Part shown: positions 17,135-27,086 of the stretch, piece by piece
Numbering within the stretch: the stretch's first letter is position 1
Layout: every line of letters begins with the position of its first letter
NCBI GenBank assembly: GCA_965219385.1
Contig: CBDCNM010000001.1
Location: forward strand, 732,631-796,630
DNA length: 64,000 nt
DNA from: Candidatus Latescibacterota bacterium
GTDB lineage: Bacteria > Latescibacterota > UBA2968 > UBA8231
Direction of reading: 5' to 3'
The notes under the pieces: model-generated
Database searches by the model: none
Seen by the model: the letters and a program-made list of their open reading frames with translations, nothing else
What the model was told of the DNA's origin: nothing
Position numbers and translations under genes: made by a program

Positions 17135-19849
17135 ATGACCGGTCATACTCTCAGATCTGAAGTGCATAGCAGTATAGTTTCAGCAGCTATTATTTTCTCT
17201 GTGGTTTCACTGGTGCTGATCTTCACCACCCACTCTGTGGCTCAAGATACTGCTTCGACTCGGGTACAAGGGACGCGTCGAGGTGGTGAACTTACCTTTG
17301 AACCAAGCGGACCGGGTGTCATGTTTGGCGCCCTGGACCCGGCGGTCAGAAAATGGTACGTGCCGCAGGAACTCTTCCTGGAGTATCAGTGGAAGCAGTG
17401 GGAGTACACCAACTACGCTCGGAATCTCTACCAGCGCTATGTGAATACCAACAACGAAGGGGATTACTTCTACGATCTCTACGGTTCCTATATCACCCGG
17501 GGTTGGTTGATCTACGACTGGACTCAGACCCAGCCCCAGCAGGGGGGCAGCAATCTATTCAAAGCCAGAAGGTTCAGTGACTTTTTCAGCAACCTGACCA
17601 TAGCCTCCGATCAAAAGGGCCAGCACTTTCTGGCAGTAACCATAGGTAGTGCGATCAGGTCAACCCTGACGCCGATGACCTTCTCTAAACCGGCGTTTGA
17701 CGGGATTCAGGTGGACTATCAGTCCGACAAATACGAGGTGACCACCGTGCTTTCGCGGATCAGTTCCCCCGGAGGGTCTGGCAATCGCAACCCCGCTGTT
17801 AATGAGAGGACCACCCTGACGAGCTTGACGGGGGGAAGAGCCACAGCCCAGGTGGGAGATTTCGTCAAAGTCGGAGCCACCTATGTAAGCGCCCACAACT
17901 CTTTTCAGCTCCTGGATGCCTTCGAGGGGAGTCCGCGCAGCGGGTCGATCACCTCGAGTCAAAATGTCGAGAACATAACTCAGCTTTTCGTTCGTCTTTC
18001 GGACGACTCACCCGAGGACAACGAAGGCGGCGCCACCCTCTTTGCGTGGGATTTGATCATAGAAGCCGATGTTGTAGAAATCGACCCTGATTCGGGAGAA
18101 CCGATTACCCAGAGGGAGACGGTAAGGGCAAGCCAAGCAGGACTTGTACCTGCTCCCCAGGGCGGCTTTCAGCGCCGAGGTTTCTGGGAAGCCAGCGGCG
18201 ACGAGCAGATAGACCTGGAATTCGATCTTACGGACGCGAGGTACAGAGGTCCCGATCCGACCGAGATAAGGCGGGTGACCTTCGAGCTGGTGGTGGCGAA
18301 CGACTACCGGATCGATGTGTCTTCAAATCGTCAGACCAACGCGCAAAGGAGCAAGGTGTTCCTGCTGGCGGCCAGAGCCGACGACAACGTCAAGGACGGC
18401 TCGAATCTAAAGGTCCTCGAGATCCCTTATGGCCTGCCGACAGCTACCGAAATATACGGGGTGACGCTGGAGGCAAACGATTTTCTGGGATTTGACTTTT
18501 ACGGAGAGTTCGACCGGAGCACCAGTTACAGAAAGTATCCCAACACGGCGTATACAAAACACTTACCAGGCTCTGATGAAGGCGATGGCTGGATGCTGAA
18601 CCTATCGAAGAGGGCCCACCCATGGTTTTTCTTCAGCGAAGCCTACAGCATGGACCACGATTACAATACAAGCGCAATTCTGGCCAAGGGAGAGGTTCTT
18701 ATAGACTACGAAAACAGGACGCAATTCTACTACGAAATGGTCGACGACAACGACGATCAGGATAGAAGACCGGATTGGTCGAGGGCATTCGAAGACACGG
18801 ATGTGGAGGTATTTCCCGGCCTGGACGAGAACTATGATTTCATATCTGATTTTAATCAAAATGACAGCAGCGAGCGGCCCAATCTGGTGCCCGACTACGA
18901 CGAGCCGTTTTTAAGGTACAATACCGACCGGCCAGAGTATCTATTCGGTATAGACATGGACAACAATACCTGGGTGGATCGGTTCGAGAACGACGATGAA
19001 CCGGACTTCCCCTACAGCAGGGATCTCAGAGGCTACAACCTCTATATGGGCGTCGATATTGCTCCGGGAATAAGGGCCACAGTCGGCCATAACGATGAGA
19101 GGCTCCTCGCCGGTGCCCGGGAGAATACCTCCAGTTATTTTCTCTTTACCTTGAACAAGGACTACCCGGGATTGGGCAAGCTGAAGATCTTCGAGAGTCT
19201 GAAGCTGGCAGAGGACAACATAGAAAACGATCTGCGCCAGTGGGACGACGTGGAAAGAAGAAATGTTCCGACCATAGATCCCTTGGCGGCTCAAGATACA
19301 TGGATAAATTCAGCCTATGCAAGCTTTGACTATATGAAGGTCAGGGATCTGAATTTTATCAGCAAAATTAAATACGATCGGTGGAATCAGCGGAAAGATC
19401 AGCCGGAGTTGAGAGAGGATTTTACTTTTTTCGGCCTGATCAACAAGGTGGACTACATCTTTAAGGTTGGGACTTTCGATATCCAGCCAAAGGTTAAAAA
19501 CGAACTGAGGATAGAGACACCAGCGCTTAAGACATCTCCCGAGCGCAGAGAAGATACCATACTTCTGATCCTGCTGGCGCGCTGGCCCTTGCTCAACCAT
19601 TCCTCGGTCCAAGCGGGAGTGGAATACACCATCTTCCAGCAACTCAGGGATTCGGAAAAAGCCGTTCGGGAAGGGCTGGAGGACGACTTTACTGAAATCG
19701 TGGGGGCCGTCCAATTCTCCAATGCTTCAAACTACCTGGGATACAGCCTGACAACCCAGCTGGGGCTCAGACTGAGCAGGAGAGGTATCGAGGGCGAAAC
19801 CGAGACCGGCATAGTCTCCTTTGCCACGGTATATGCCGGTTTGGAATAA
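17135..19849 (+). CDS. Large exported protein, putative outer-membrane beta-barrel with Asp-rich Ca-binding-like loop
   Basis: Signal peptide; alternating hydrophobic strand patterns; DDNDDQDRRPD, DENYDFISD, DMDNN motifs; ends FATVYAGLE. Start may be 17096. Confidence 0.55.
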   Translation: MTGHTLRSEVHSSIVSAAIIFSVVSLVLIFTTHSVAQDTASTRVQGTRRGGELTFEPSGPGVMFGALDPAVRKWYVPQELFLEYQWKQWEYTNYARNLYQRYVNTNNEGDYFYDLYGSYITRGWLIYDWTQTQPQQGGSNLFKARRFSDFFSNLTIASDQKGQHFLAVTIGSAIRSTLTPMTFSKPAFDGIQVDYQSDKYEVTTVLSRISSPGGSGNRNPAVNERTTLTSLTGGRATAQVGDFVKVGATYVSAHNSFQLLDAFEGSPRSGSITSSQNVENITQLFVRLSDDSPEDNEGGATLFAWDLIIEADVVEIDPDSGEPITQRETVRASQAGLVPAPQGGFQRRGFWEASGDEQIDLEFDLTDARYRGPDPTEIRRVTFELVVANDYRIDVSSNRQTNAQRSKVFLLAARADDNVKDGSNLKVLEIPYGLPTATEIYGVTLEANDFLGFDFYGEFDRSTSYRKYPNTAYTKHLPGSDEGDGWMLNLSKRAHPWFFFSEAYSMDHDYNTSAILAKGEVLIDYENRTQFYYEMVDDNDDQDRRPDWSRAFEDTDVEVFPGLDENYDFISDFNQNDSSERPNLVPDYDEPFLRYNTDRPEYLFGIDMDNNTWVDRFENDDEPDFPYSRDLRGYNLYMGVDIAPGIRATVGHNDERLLAGARENTSSYFLFTLNKDYPGLGKLKIFESLKLAEDNIENDLRQWDDVERRNVPTIDPLAAQDTWINSAYASFDYMKVRDLNFISKIKYDRWNQRKDQPELREDFTFFGLINKVDYIFKVGTFDIQPKVKNELRIETPALKTSPERREDTILLILLARWPLLNHSSVQAGVEYTIFQQLRDSEKAVREGLEDDFTEIVGAVQFSNASNYLGYSLTTQLGLRLSRRGIEGETETGIVSFATVYAGLE

Positions 19850-19857
19850 TCTTAAAG

Positions 19858-21615
19858 ATGCCCCAGCGCAAACCTGCAAAACTAGCGGTATTTCCCTTCA
19901 TCGTAAGAAAAATAGCTGACATTGCTCGCCTGCTTTCGGGCCGCGGAGCCAACTTCTGCATGGGCTGCTCAATCGCACTTGCCATGTGCATGGGGTGCGC
20001 GCAGGAAAAGGATGCTCCAGAGGTTGCCCGGGATGATCTGGTAGTCGCCCAGGTGGGAGACAAGATCATAACCGCCAAACAATTGCGAGAATTCAGCGAT
20101 AACCTTCCCCAACGTCTCCAGGGCATAAAAACAGGGCTGGAAAGACAAAGGGATCATCTCCAGGCCTTGATCGATATGGAACTCCTGTTGCTGGAGGTCT
20201 CAAACGAGGGCATTGCCCAGAGCCCTGGTTTTCTCAGGAAAATGAATAAAGCCCGAAAAACAAAGCTCGTCGGTATTTTTCAAAAGAGAAATATAAAGGT
20301 AGCTATACGAGAAAGCGAGATCCAAGACTACATCGAAAAGGAGGGACTTTCCAGGGCGCTCAGGTTCAGGGATATAATGGTCGATAGCAAGGATAAAGCA
20401 GAGGCCGCTGTAGAAAAAATCAAAGGGGGGAAAGGTTTTGAGCAGGTTGCTGAGAAATGGTCCATGAATAGAGACTCTAAGACTGTGGGTGGAGATCTAG
20501 GCCGATATTTCATTAAAGATCAAATGAACCCCATGCTTCAGGAGCCGTTATTCTCTCTTGCGGTGGGCGAGGTATCAGAGCCCATAAAAATCGGCGACCG
20601 CTATTCGATCTTTAAGGTCATCGCTGAAAAGACCATCGAGCTCAATCCACAGCAGTGGATGAAAGTCGAGCAGGACTTCGGAAGGATTAAGTTTGACCTT
20701 GAAAAGGCGGCTCTGGTAGAAGAGCTCAAGAATAAGTACCGTCTTGAAGTGGACCGGGAAGGTTTAAAGGTTTTTGTTGAAGGTTTGCGCCACGGCGCCT
20801 CTTTTGCTACAGAGGATAAACGCAACACCGTCCTCTATAGATACGACAAGGGACGGATAACCGCAGGGGATCTCGTCGACGTGGCCATGGACCGCAAAGG
20901 GGATGTCCTTGCCAGTCTTACACAAGGCGATCAAGTGATCTCCTTTGCGGAGAAGTATGTCATTCCCGCCATGATGATAATGGAAGCCGCTCTCGGCACC
21001 GGCATGGACGAGGAAGAAGAGATAGCAACATGGCTCAAAGACCAGAGGAGGCCGCTTTTACTGGCGGAACTCAGGCGCAAAGTATTGGAGGGCAAAATCG
21101 ACCTGTCTGCCGAGGCACTTCGGCCGCACTACGACGGCCATCCGAAAAAGTACCTGCACCCCGAGCAACTGGATATCCAGGAAATACTGGTAGAGACCGA
21201 GGCAGAGGCACTGCGCCTTATCGAGAAGATCCAAGAGGGGGTCCCGATGGGCGAACTCGCACGGAAGTATTCTATCCGGCCCGTACAGGACCAGGGCGAT
21301 GCAGAAGGCAGATTCCATTTCCACGAACACGAAAGTCCGCATTTTGGCGGTTTAGTAGAGGCTGCGTTCGAGGCCCCGGTAGGAGAACTAAAAGGCCCTG
21401 TTAAGGTAAAAGAAGGTTATTCTGTATTCGAGGTACTATCCAGGGAACGCAAAAGGGAGACCTTTGCGGAGGCCGAATGGCGGGTCAGAAGAGATGTTAA
21501 TAAGATTAAATCCCGGGAAGCATTTAATCGGTATGTGGAAGACCTGAGGAATAAATACGAATCACATGTGAGCATTCGGGAAGATAATCTCAGAACCGCT
21601 TTCGAGATGAGGTAG
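19858..21615 (+). CDS. SurA/PrsA-like peptidyl-prolyl isomerase with two parvulin (PpiC) domains
   Basis: VVAQVGD..IT; F.QVAEKWS...GGDLG...L.VGEVSEPI; second ELARKYS...GPVKV..GYSVF; possible lipobox MCMGC. Start uncertain. Confidence 0.8.
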   Translation: MPQRKPAKLAVFPFIVRKIADIARLLSGRGANFCMGCSIALAMCMGCAQEKDAPEVARDDLVVAQVGDKIITAKQLREFSDNLPQRLQGIKTGLERQRDHLQALIDMELLLLEVSNEGIAQSPGFLRKMNKARKTKLVGIFQKRNIKVAIRESEIQDYIEKEGLSRALRFRDIMVDSKDKAEAAVEKIKGGKGFEQVAEKWSMNRDSKTVGGDLGRYFIKDQMNPMLQEPLFSLAVGEVSEPIKIGDRYSIFKVIAEKTIELNPQQWMKVEQDFGRIKFDLEKAALVEELKNKYRLEVDREGLKVFVEGLRHGASFATEDKRNTVLYRYDKGRITAGDLVDVAMDRKGDVLASLTQGDQVISFAEKYVIPAMMIMEAALGTGMDEEEEIATWLKDQRRPLLLAELRRKVLEGKIDLSAEALRPHYDGHPKKYLHPEQLDIQEILVETEAEALRLIEKIQEGVPMGELARKYSIRPVQDQGDAEGRFHFHEHESPHFGGLVEAAFEAPVGELKGPVKVKEGYSVFEVLSRERKRETFAEAEWRVRRDVNKIKSREAFNRYVEDLRNKYESHVSIREDNLRTAFEMR

Positions 21616-21746
21616 AGGCGCGTGCGGTATGCCCCTGCCGTGCGACCGGCTGCAGATGCTCAAAACCGCTTGCGGATCGGCTTTCCTACCTGGTTGTCGC
21701 GCCAGGCCTTGACGCGCATCGAGGCCGGCAAGAAACGGGATGGTAG

Positions 21747-23735
21747 TTGAAAAAACGAGTCCCAACCGAATACCAGGAGCATATAAAAAGACAGCAGCCA
21801 TCCAGTCTCGATCTCCAAGGCATTCCCGTGCGGGGAATACTGATCGGGGCGGTGTTGGCTTTTCTGCTCAATTTCCTGGACGCCTATGCCACGACCATCA
21901 TTCGTGGCTCCTACCTGACCCTGAACTTCAGCACCCCGGCCGCACTGTTTTTTTTCTTTTTCGTGGTTCTGGCCAGCGGTCTGGTCCCCCTCCTTCGCCG
22001 TCCCCTGGCCCTGAACCAGTCCGAGTTGATAACGATTTACATCATGCTGGTGGTGGCCTGCTGTATCCCGGGCATGGGTTTCACGCAATTCATAATTCCC
22101 TGTCTTTTGGGTTCCACCTACTATGCCACGCCCGAGAACAACTGGGACTTTTTCTACAACCAGTACATCCCCGAGTGGATGATCCCGCGCGGCAAAAACG
22201 TCGCGCGCTACTTCTTTGAGGGCTTGCCCGAAGGCACCTCCATCCCCTGGGAAGCCTGGGTCGTACCGCTAACCTACTGGTATGGATTCTTCCTGGTACT
22301 CAGTCTCGCCATGATCTGCGTCATGGTCGTGCTCCGCAAGCAGTGGGTGGACCGCGAGAAGCTGGTCTATCCCCTGGTGCAGGTGCCCATGGAGATGATC
22401 CAGAAAGAAAAAGGCGGGGTCATCGGCAAATCCTTTTTCACCAACAAGGTGATGTGGCTGGGGTTTGCCTTTTCGTTCATCCTGATCAGCCTTAGAGGGA
22501 TACATTCCTACTATCCTACATTTCCTCAGATTAATATGGATTTTGCTCTTCCCTTGTTCCGCAACACCATCAATCTGAATTTCCATTTCAGTCCGTCCTG
22601 GACAGGTTTTATCTACTTTGTCAACCTGGACATCAGCGCTTCGATCTGGGTATTCTACGTCCTCACAAATATTCAGCGGGGCATCTTCAATGTTGTCGGC
22701 CTGCAAAGTACGCAGCGGATAGATTTTTATTCGATTGAACCGTTCCTGGCGCATCAGGGCATGGGGTCCATGATCGTCTTTGTGCTGATTGGGCTGTGGG
22801 TCGCCCGCGGCCACCTGCAAGATGTATTCCGCAAGGCTTTCCACGCAGATGTCGAGATTGACGATTCCGCGGAGATCCTGTCCTACAAGCAGGCGGTTTT
22901 TGGACTGATCGCAGCATTGTCTCTGGTGGCGGCCGGGTTGTGGATGGCTGGACTGCCGCCTCTGACCGCGCTTTTGTTCGTCTTTGGGGCCATGGTGCTG
23001 TTCATGGCCCTGACCCGGGTGGTGGCCGAAGGCGGCTTACCGGCTATGCGGCCTCCGATCATGACCAATTCATTCGTCATTTCCGTGGCCGGGTCGCGGA
23101 ATCTGGGCGCATCCGGGCTGGTGGCCTTGGGGTTTTCCTACGGGTGGCACTCGGAAATCCGTTCGTTTGTGATGTCGTCGGTAGCCAACGGGCTTAAGAT
23201 GGGCGAAATCATCACCGGCTCCAGACGGCGTCTGTTCTGGGCGGTGGTCATCGCCGTCCTGGTCAGTCTGGCGGGCTCTTCGTACATGACCATGTACCTG
23301 GCCTACAAGTACGGGGGCATCAACCTCAATCCGCTCTTTTTCGTAGGGCAAGCCCCTACTTTTGGCCCCATGGACATGGCCCCGCGGATTGCCGGTGAGC
23401 TTGCCGGCCCCCGGCTGGATGCCTGGCTATTCATGAGCATTGGGGGGACGGTGATGGCCCTTTTGATGTGGGCCCGGCACTATTTCGTGTGGTGGCCCCT
23501 CAACCCGCTGGGCTATACCATCAGCGCCAACTGGAAAACGGGGCACATCCTTGGCAGCGCTTTTCTGGCCTGGTTGTTGAAGTTGCTGATCCTGAAGTAC
23601 GGTGGCCCGAAAATGTACCAAACCTTAAGGCCGTTTTTTCTGGGGTTGATCCTGGGCGAAATCGTGGGCGCCGGGGGCTGGCTGGTGGTCGATTATACAA
23701 CCGGACACACAGGCAGCTTTCTCACCCAGATATAA
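21747..23735 (+). CDS. Polytopic membrane protein, OPT-like (DUF6785/DUF6784-type) putative transporter
   Basis: Many TM helices; QWVDREKL.YPL, RVVAEGG, WWPLNPLG, YGG...Y..L.PFFLGLILG motifs recalled for this family. Confidence 0.65.
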   Translation: MKKRVPTEYQEHIKRQQPSSLDLQGIPVRGILIGAVLAFLLNFLDAYATTIIRGSYLTLNFSTPAALFFFFFVVLASGLVPLLRRPLALNQSELITIYIMLVVACCIPGMGFTQFIIPCLLGSTYYATPENNWDFFYNQYIPEWMIPRGKNVARYFFEGLPEGTSIPWEAWVVPLTYWYGFFLVLSLAMICVMVVLRKQWVDREKLVYPLVQVPMEMIQKEKGGVIGKSFFTNKVMWLGFAFSFILISLRGIHSYYPTFPQINMDFALPLFRNTINLNFHFSPSWTGFIYFVNLDISASIWVFYVLTNIQRGIFNVVGLQSTQRIDFYSIEPFLAHQGMGSMIVFVLIGLWVARGHLQDVFRKAFHADVEIDDSAEILSYKQAVFGLIAALSLVAAGLWMAGLPPLTALLFVFGAMVLFMALTRVVAEGGLPAMRPPIMTNSFVISVAGSRNLGASGLVALGFSYGWHSEIRSFVMSSVANGLKMGEIITGSRRRLFWAVVIAVLVSLAGSSYMTMYLAYKYGGINLNPLFFVGQAPTFGPMDMAPRIAGELAGPRLDAWLFMSIGGTVMALLMWARHYFVWWPLNPLGYTISANWKTGHILGSAFLAWLLKLLILKYGGPKMYQTLRPFFLGLILGEIVGAGGWLVVDYTTGHTGSFLTQI

Positions 23736-23736
23736 C

Positions 23737-26700
23737 TCATCTCAGGTGTGGGACGCTGCTCCGACCGATGTCTTCTTTTAATTGAACCAGCTCTTTAGCT
23801 TTAGCCGCGGGGATAAAAAATAAGCCTGTCTCAAGAGTTGAATTGGCGGCGACTAAATTTCCTGAAGTGCGATGTATTTTTGCGATTTCAGCATAGGCAG
23901 CAGGTTCGATGGGATAGTAATTCTTCAATATCTTCAGATAGCCTAACGCATCATCAAGTCGGCCCTGTTCTTTAAGTAATTTTGCCAACTTCAAGCCGGT
24001 TTTGTAGTAACTTCTTGCCCTTGGAATATCCATACTTTTTTTGTAAAATTTTTCGGCCTGTTCGAAGTTACCTGCTTCCTCCGCCTTTTCCCCAGCAAGA
24101 ACATATAATCTCGCCAAACCATGAGTGTTTGCTTTGCCGGTAAGTTCTAGATTGAGCTTGCGCTTCTCCGCTCGTAGTTCTCGTAGAGTATTGAGCAATT
24201 CCATTTGCCATTTTTTCATGTTTGCCAGCATTTGCCGGTCATGCCGTTGCTCAAAATAAATGGTTAATGCCCTATAGGTCGGCAAATACCAGTTTGTCAT
24301 CCAATCGCTGATATAAAGTGGGCGGTAACGATTGAGAATAGAGGCTCCCGCCAGAGTTTGTACCAGCTCGGATACCGGCAGATCCGGCATTAAAATAGCC
24401 CATTCTTTGAAGCGGCTTTTTGTCCATTTAGGGATTAAATCATTGGACACTGAACGCCCCCTGTTGGTATACAAGTCGATCGGCATCTGGCGCTCGAGCC
24501 AAACATTGTCATCGGTATTTATTACGGGCGCATCTTTTACATATTCTTTGACTGAATTAGGTCCACCGTAAAGGAACGCCAGCAACGCAAACGGAGAATT
24601 GATTTTAAAGGAATTGAAATCCTCGCGCACGGCAGGCTCATTAAAACGCCGGGCAAAGTCCTTCCAGGAGATTTCGAACGGCTGGTGAGAAGAGATGATA
24701 ATGGCATCGAATTCATCTAAAAAGACTAAAATGTGGGTGAAACTTTTACTTATCGCGGCCAAAATGCTCTTAAAGCTTTTTTCGCTCATGTCCGCCATTG
24801 GAACCCATTGGGAAAAAGTTCCCCGAGGCTTTAGACGCTTCGCAACCATTGCGAAATAATCTGCCGTATACAGGTTTGCTGCACCGGCAGAAATTGGACT
24901 GATAGGATCCGTACTGATCAGGTCATATTTTTTGTCGGTATATGCAAGGTGGATGCGTCCGTCCTCAATAATTAGATTGGTCCTGGGGTCTTTAAGGGGG
25001 TTGTTGTTGATATTGGCGAAATATTCAGATGCCTCAACGACGCCCTGTTCAATTTCAATGATGTCGACGGATTCGACCGAGGGATGCTTGAGGACTGCTC
25101 CTGTTGATACGCCTCCTCCCAACCCGATAATTGCAACATCTTTCAAGTCCTTTGTAAATAACGCAGGTAGATGGCCTATAAAATAAAGGTGGATTTGATC
25201 CTGTAACCCGGAAGTGGCCACCGGCTTATTCGAAACCATGAGAGCGATAGAACCCAGTATATCAGGCAATACAGAAACCGCGGCGTTTATACCATCTTTG
25301 TAATAGAGGGGTTGTAGTTCCTTTTCTTTATCTTTATCTTTATCCCGCCCATGCAATATGTATTGTATCCTGTTACTACTGGACATTTTATACCAAAGTC
25401 CGGAATTTAATTCTCGAGCATCAGGTTTGGGAACCAGGAATATGGCACTCAAACCAATAGCCAGACTTCCGCCAATCCATTGGGTCTTAAAATAGGGACG
25501 GCTCGATTCAACACCTGCCGCTACTAAAACACAACCGAGCAGCACACTTGCAAAACTGGCCAGCAAGATAGTGTTATAAAAGCCGAGTGTCGGAATCAGA
25601 TAGAAGCCTGCAATCAAGCTCCCAGCAATAGCACCTAAGGTATTGAATAGATAAAGTATGCCAACTGTCGTCTCTGGGATCTCCTGGTCATTTGAAGAAG
25701 CCAGAAATGCTTTTACGGCGATTGGAAACATCAAACCCATAACAAGGGTAGCGGGCAAAACAACAATGGCATTGATCAGACTTTGAATCAGTAAGTATAT
25801 AAGATTGGGTTTAGAATCGGCTGATTCCACGAACAGTCGGACATATAGTTCGGGAAGTAGATCGTAAAAGGGAATCGTAAGTAAAGCGGCAAAACCTATA
25901 CATATTTCAAGAACCGCCATCGCGAATAAAGCGCTTTTAAGATTGACTTTACCTGTTGCCCTGGCACCAATGGTGCTTCCAAGACCAATGCCGATTAAAA
26001 ATACGGCCAACATCATTGAAAAAGCGTGAACCGAAGGGCCCAGTACAGACACCAATAAGCGAAACCAGCTAATCTCATAGACCAGGGCAAAAAAGCCGGA
26101 AAGCAAGAATGCGACACAGACAATCTTTTGTTTTTGGGTGAAACCCTGTCGCCTGGCCGCTGGAGGGGCGAAAGTGGCCGATGTTTTGGATTTTGCGGCA
26201 AGGTCCAATGATTTCACGTGTAAATACAGGGCGCCGATTCCGACGATGAGATCCGTCGCTCCTATGATTAGGCAAGCCCTCGCCAAGCCAAATGTTTGCA
26301 GCAGGAAAAATCCTGCAATCAGTGTTCCCGCTACAGCGCCCAAGGTGTTGAGGCCATAGAATAGACCTGAGTCGAAATCGAAATATTTCTTGCCCCGGCT
26401 AGAAGCGCCAACAACGATGGGCAGGGTCATGCCCATAAGTGTTACGGGAATCAACATCAACAGAAAAACGAGTAAAAAACGTACACTCAGGAAGGTAGGC
26501 TGAGAGGTTCCTATCCAGGAATACAGTGCCTCGAACAAGGGCGGAGTGGAGCGAAAAATCCAGATTGAACAAATGCCGCATATTGCTATAACCAATTCCA
26601 TTATAGCATATGCTTTTATTGGACATCTTATCTTGTGTCCATATCTGCTGGCCAGGGCGCTGCCCATTGCGAGACCCGCCATAAATGCGGCAACTACCGT

Positions 26701-26829
26701 AGCCACTGCATAGTATGTATTTCCCAAAATATAGGAAAGTTCCTTTGACCAGATAACTTCAAGCGCCAGAGTAGTCACACCGGAGATGAAAAAACAAATA
26801 CCCAGCCAAAATGTTGTGAAACCCTTCAT
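23737..26829 (-). CDS. Fused MFS-like membrane / spermidine synthase (aminopropyltransferase) domain protein with C-terminal TPRs
   Basis: SG...L.LEVIW, GLNTLGAV.G repeats; IIGLGGG, IEIE, EDGR, YDLISTDP; C-terminal TPRs; low GC. Confidence 0.85.
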   Translation of the reverse strand: MKGFTTFWLGICFFISGVTTLALEVIWSKELSYILGNTYYAVATVVAAFMAGLAMGSALASRYGHKIRCPIKAYAIMELVIAICGICSIWIFRSTPPLFEALYSWIGTSQPTFLSVRFLLVFLLMLIPVTLMGMTLPIVVGASSRGKKYFDFDSGLFYGLNTLGAVAGTLIAGFFLLQTFGLARACLIIGATDLIVGIGALYLHVKSLDLAAKSKTSATFAPPAARRQGFTQKQKIVCVAFLLSGFFALVYEISWFRLLVSVLGPSVHAFSMMLAVFLIGIGLGSTIGARATGKVNLKSALFAMAVLEICIGFAALLTIPFYDLLPELYVRLFVESADSKPNLIYLLIQSLINAIVVLPATLVMGLMFPIAVKAFLASSNDQEIPETTVGILYLFNTLGAIAGSLIAGFYLIPTLGFYNTILLASFASVLLGCVLVAAGVESSRPYFKTQWIGGSLAIGLSAIFLVPKPDARELNSGLWYKMSSSNRIQYILHGRDKDKDKEKELQPLYYKDGINAAVSVLPDILGSIALMVSNKPVATSGLQDQIHLYFIGHLPALFTKDLKDVAIIGLGGGVSTGAVLKHPSVESVDIIEIEQGVVEASEYFANINNNPLKDPRTNLIIEDGRIHLAYTDKKYDLISTDPISPISAGAANLYTADYFAMVAKRLKPRGTFSQWVPMADMSEKSFKSILAAISKSFTHILVFLDEFDAIIISSHQPFEISWKDFARRFNEPAVREDFNSFKINSPFALLAFLYGGPNSVKEYVKDAPVINTDDNVWLERQMPIDLYTNRGRSVSNDLIPKWTKSRFKEWAILMPDLPVSELVQTLAGASILNRYRPLYISDWMTNWYLPTYRALTIYFEQRHDRQMLANMKKWQMELLNTLRELRAEKRKLNLELTGKANTHGLARLYVLAGEKAEEAGNFEQAEKFYKKSMDIPRARSYYKTGLKLAKLLKEQGRLDDALGYLKILKNYYPIEPAAYAEIAKIHRTSGNLVAANSTLETGLFFIPAAKAKELVQLKEDIGRSSVPHLR

Positions 26830-27086
26830 TTGGAACTCCAGGACCCTGTAATAACTAGATGATTAGTTGGTGTGGATTTCCTATATTTTGTATGTATGTG
26901 AACGAATGTACAAATAAAAACGCGTACCTGCCACGCAACCCCGACTGAGGAGCGGATCTTTCTCTACATGGGCGCGGTGCTGCGCAAGTGAAACCTGCAC
27001 TCGACGGACTTGCAGTGCATCCGCGAGAAGGCGGAATGGAGCCCTCAAGGGCGGGGGGGTATCGGCCCTGCGGTAGAGGAGTTTTT

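Noticed and set aside
21613..21615. Pyrrolysine or amber read-through of the PPIase
   Set aside because: The protein ends at a normal position for the family and no pyl genes are visible.
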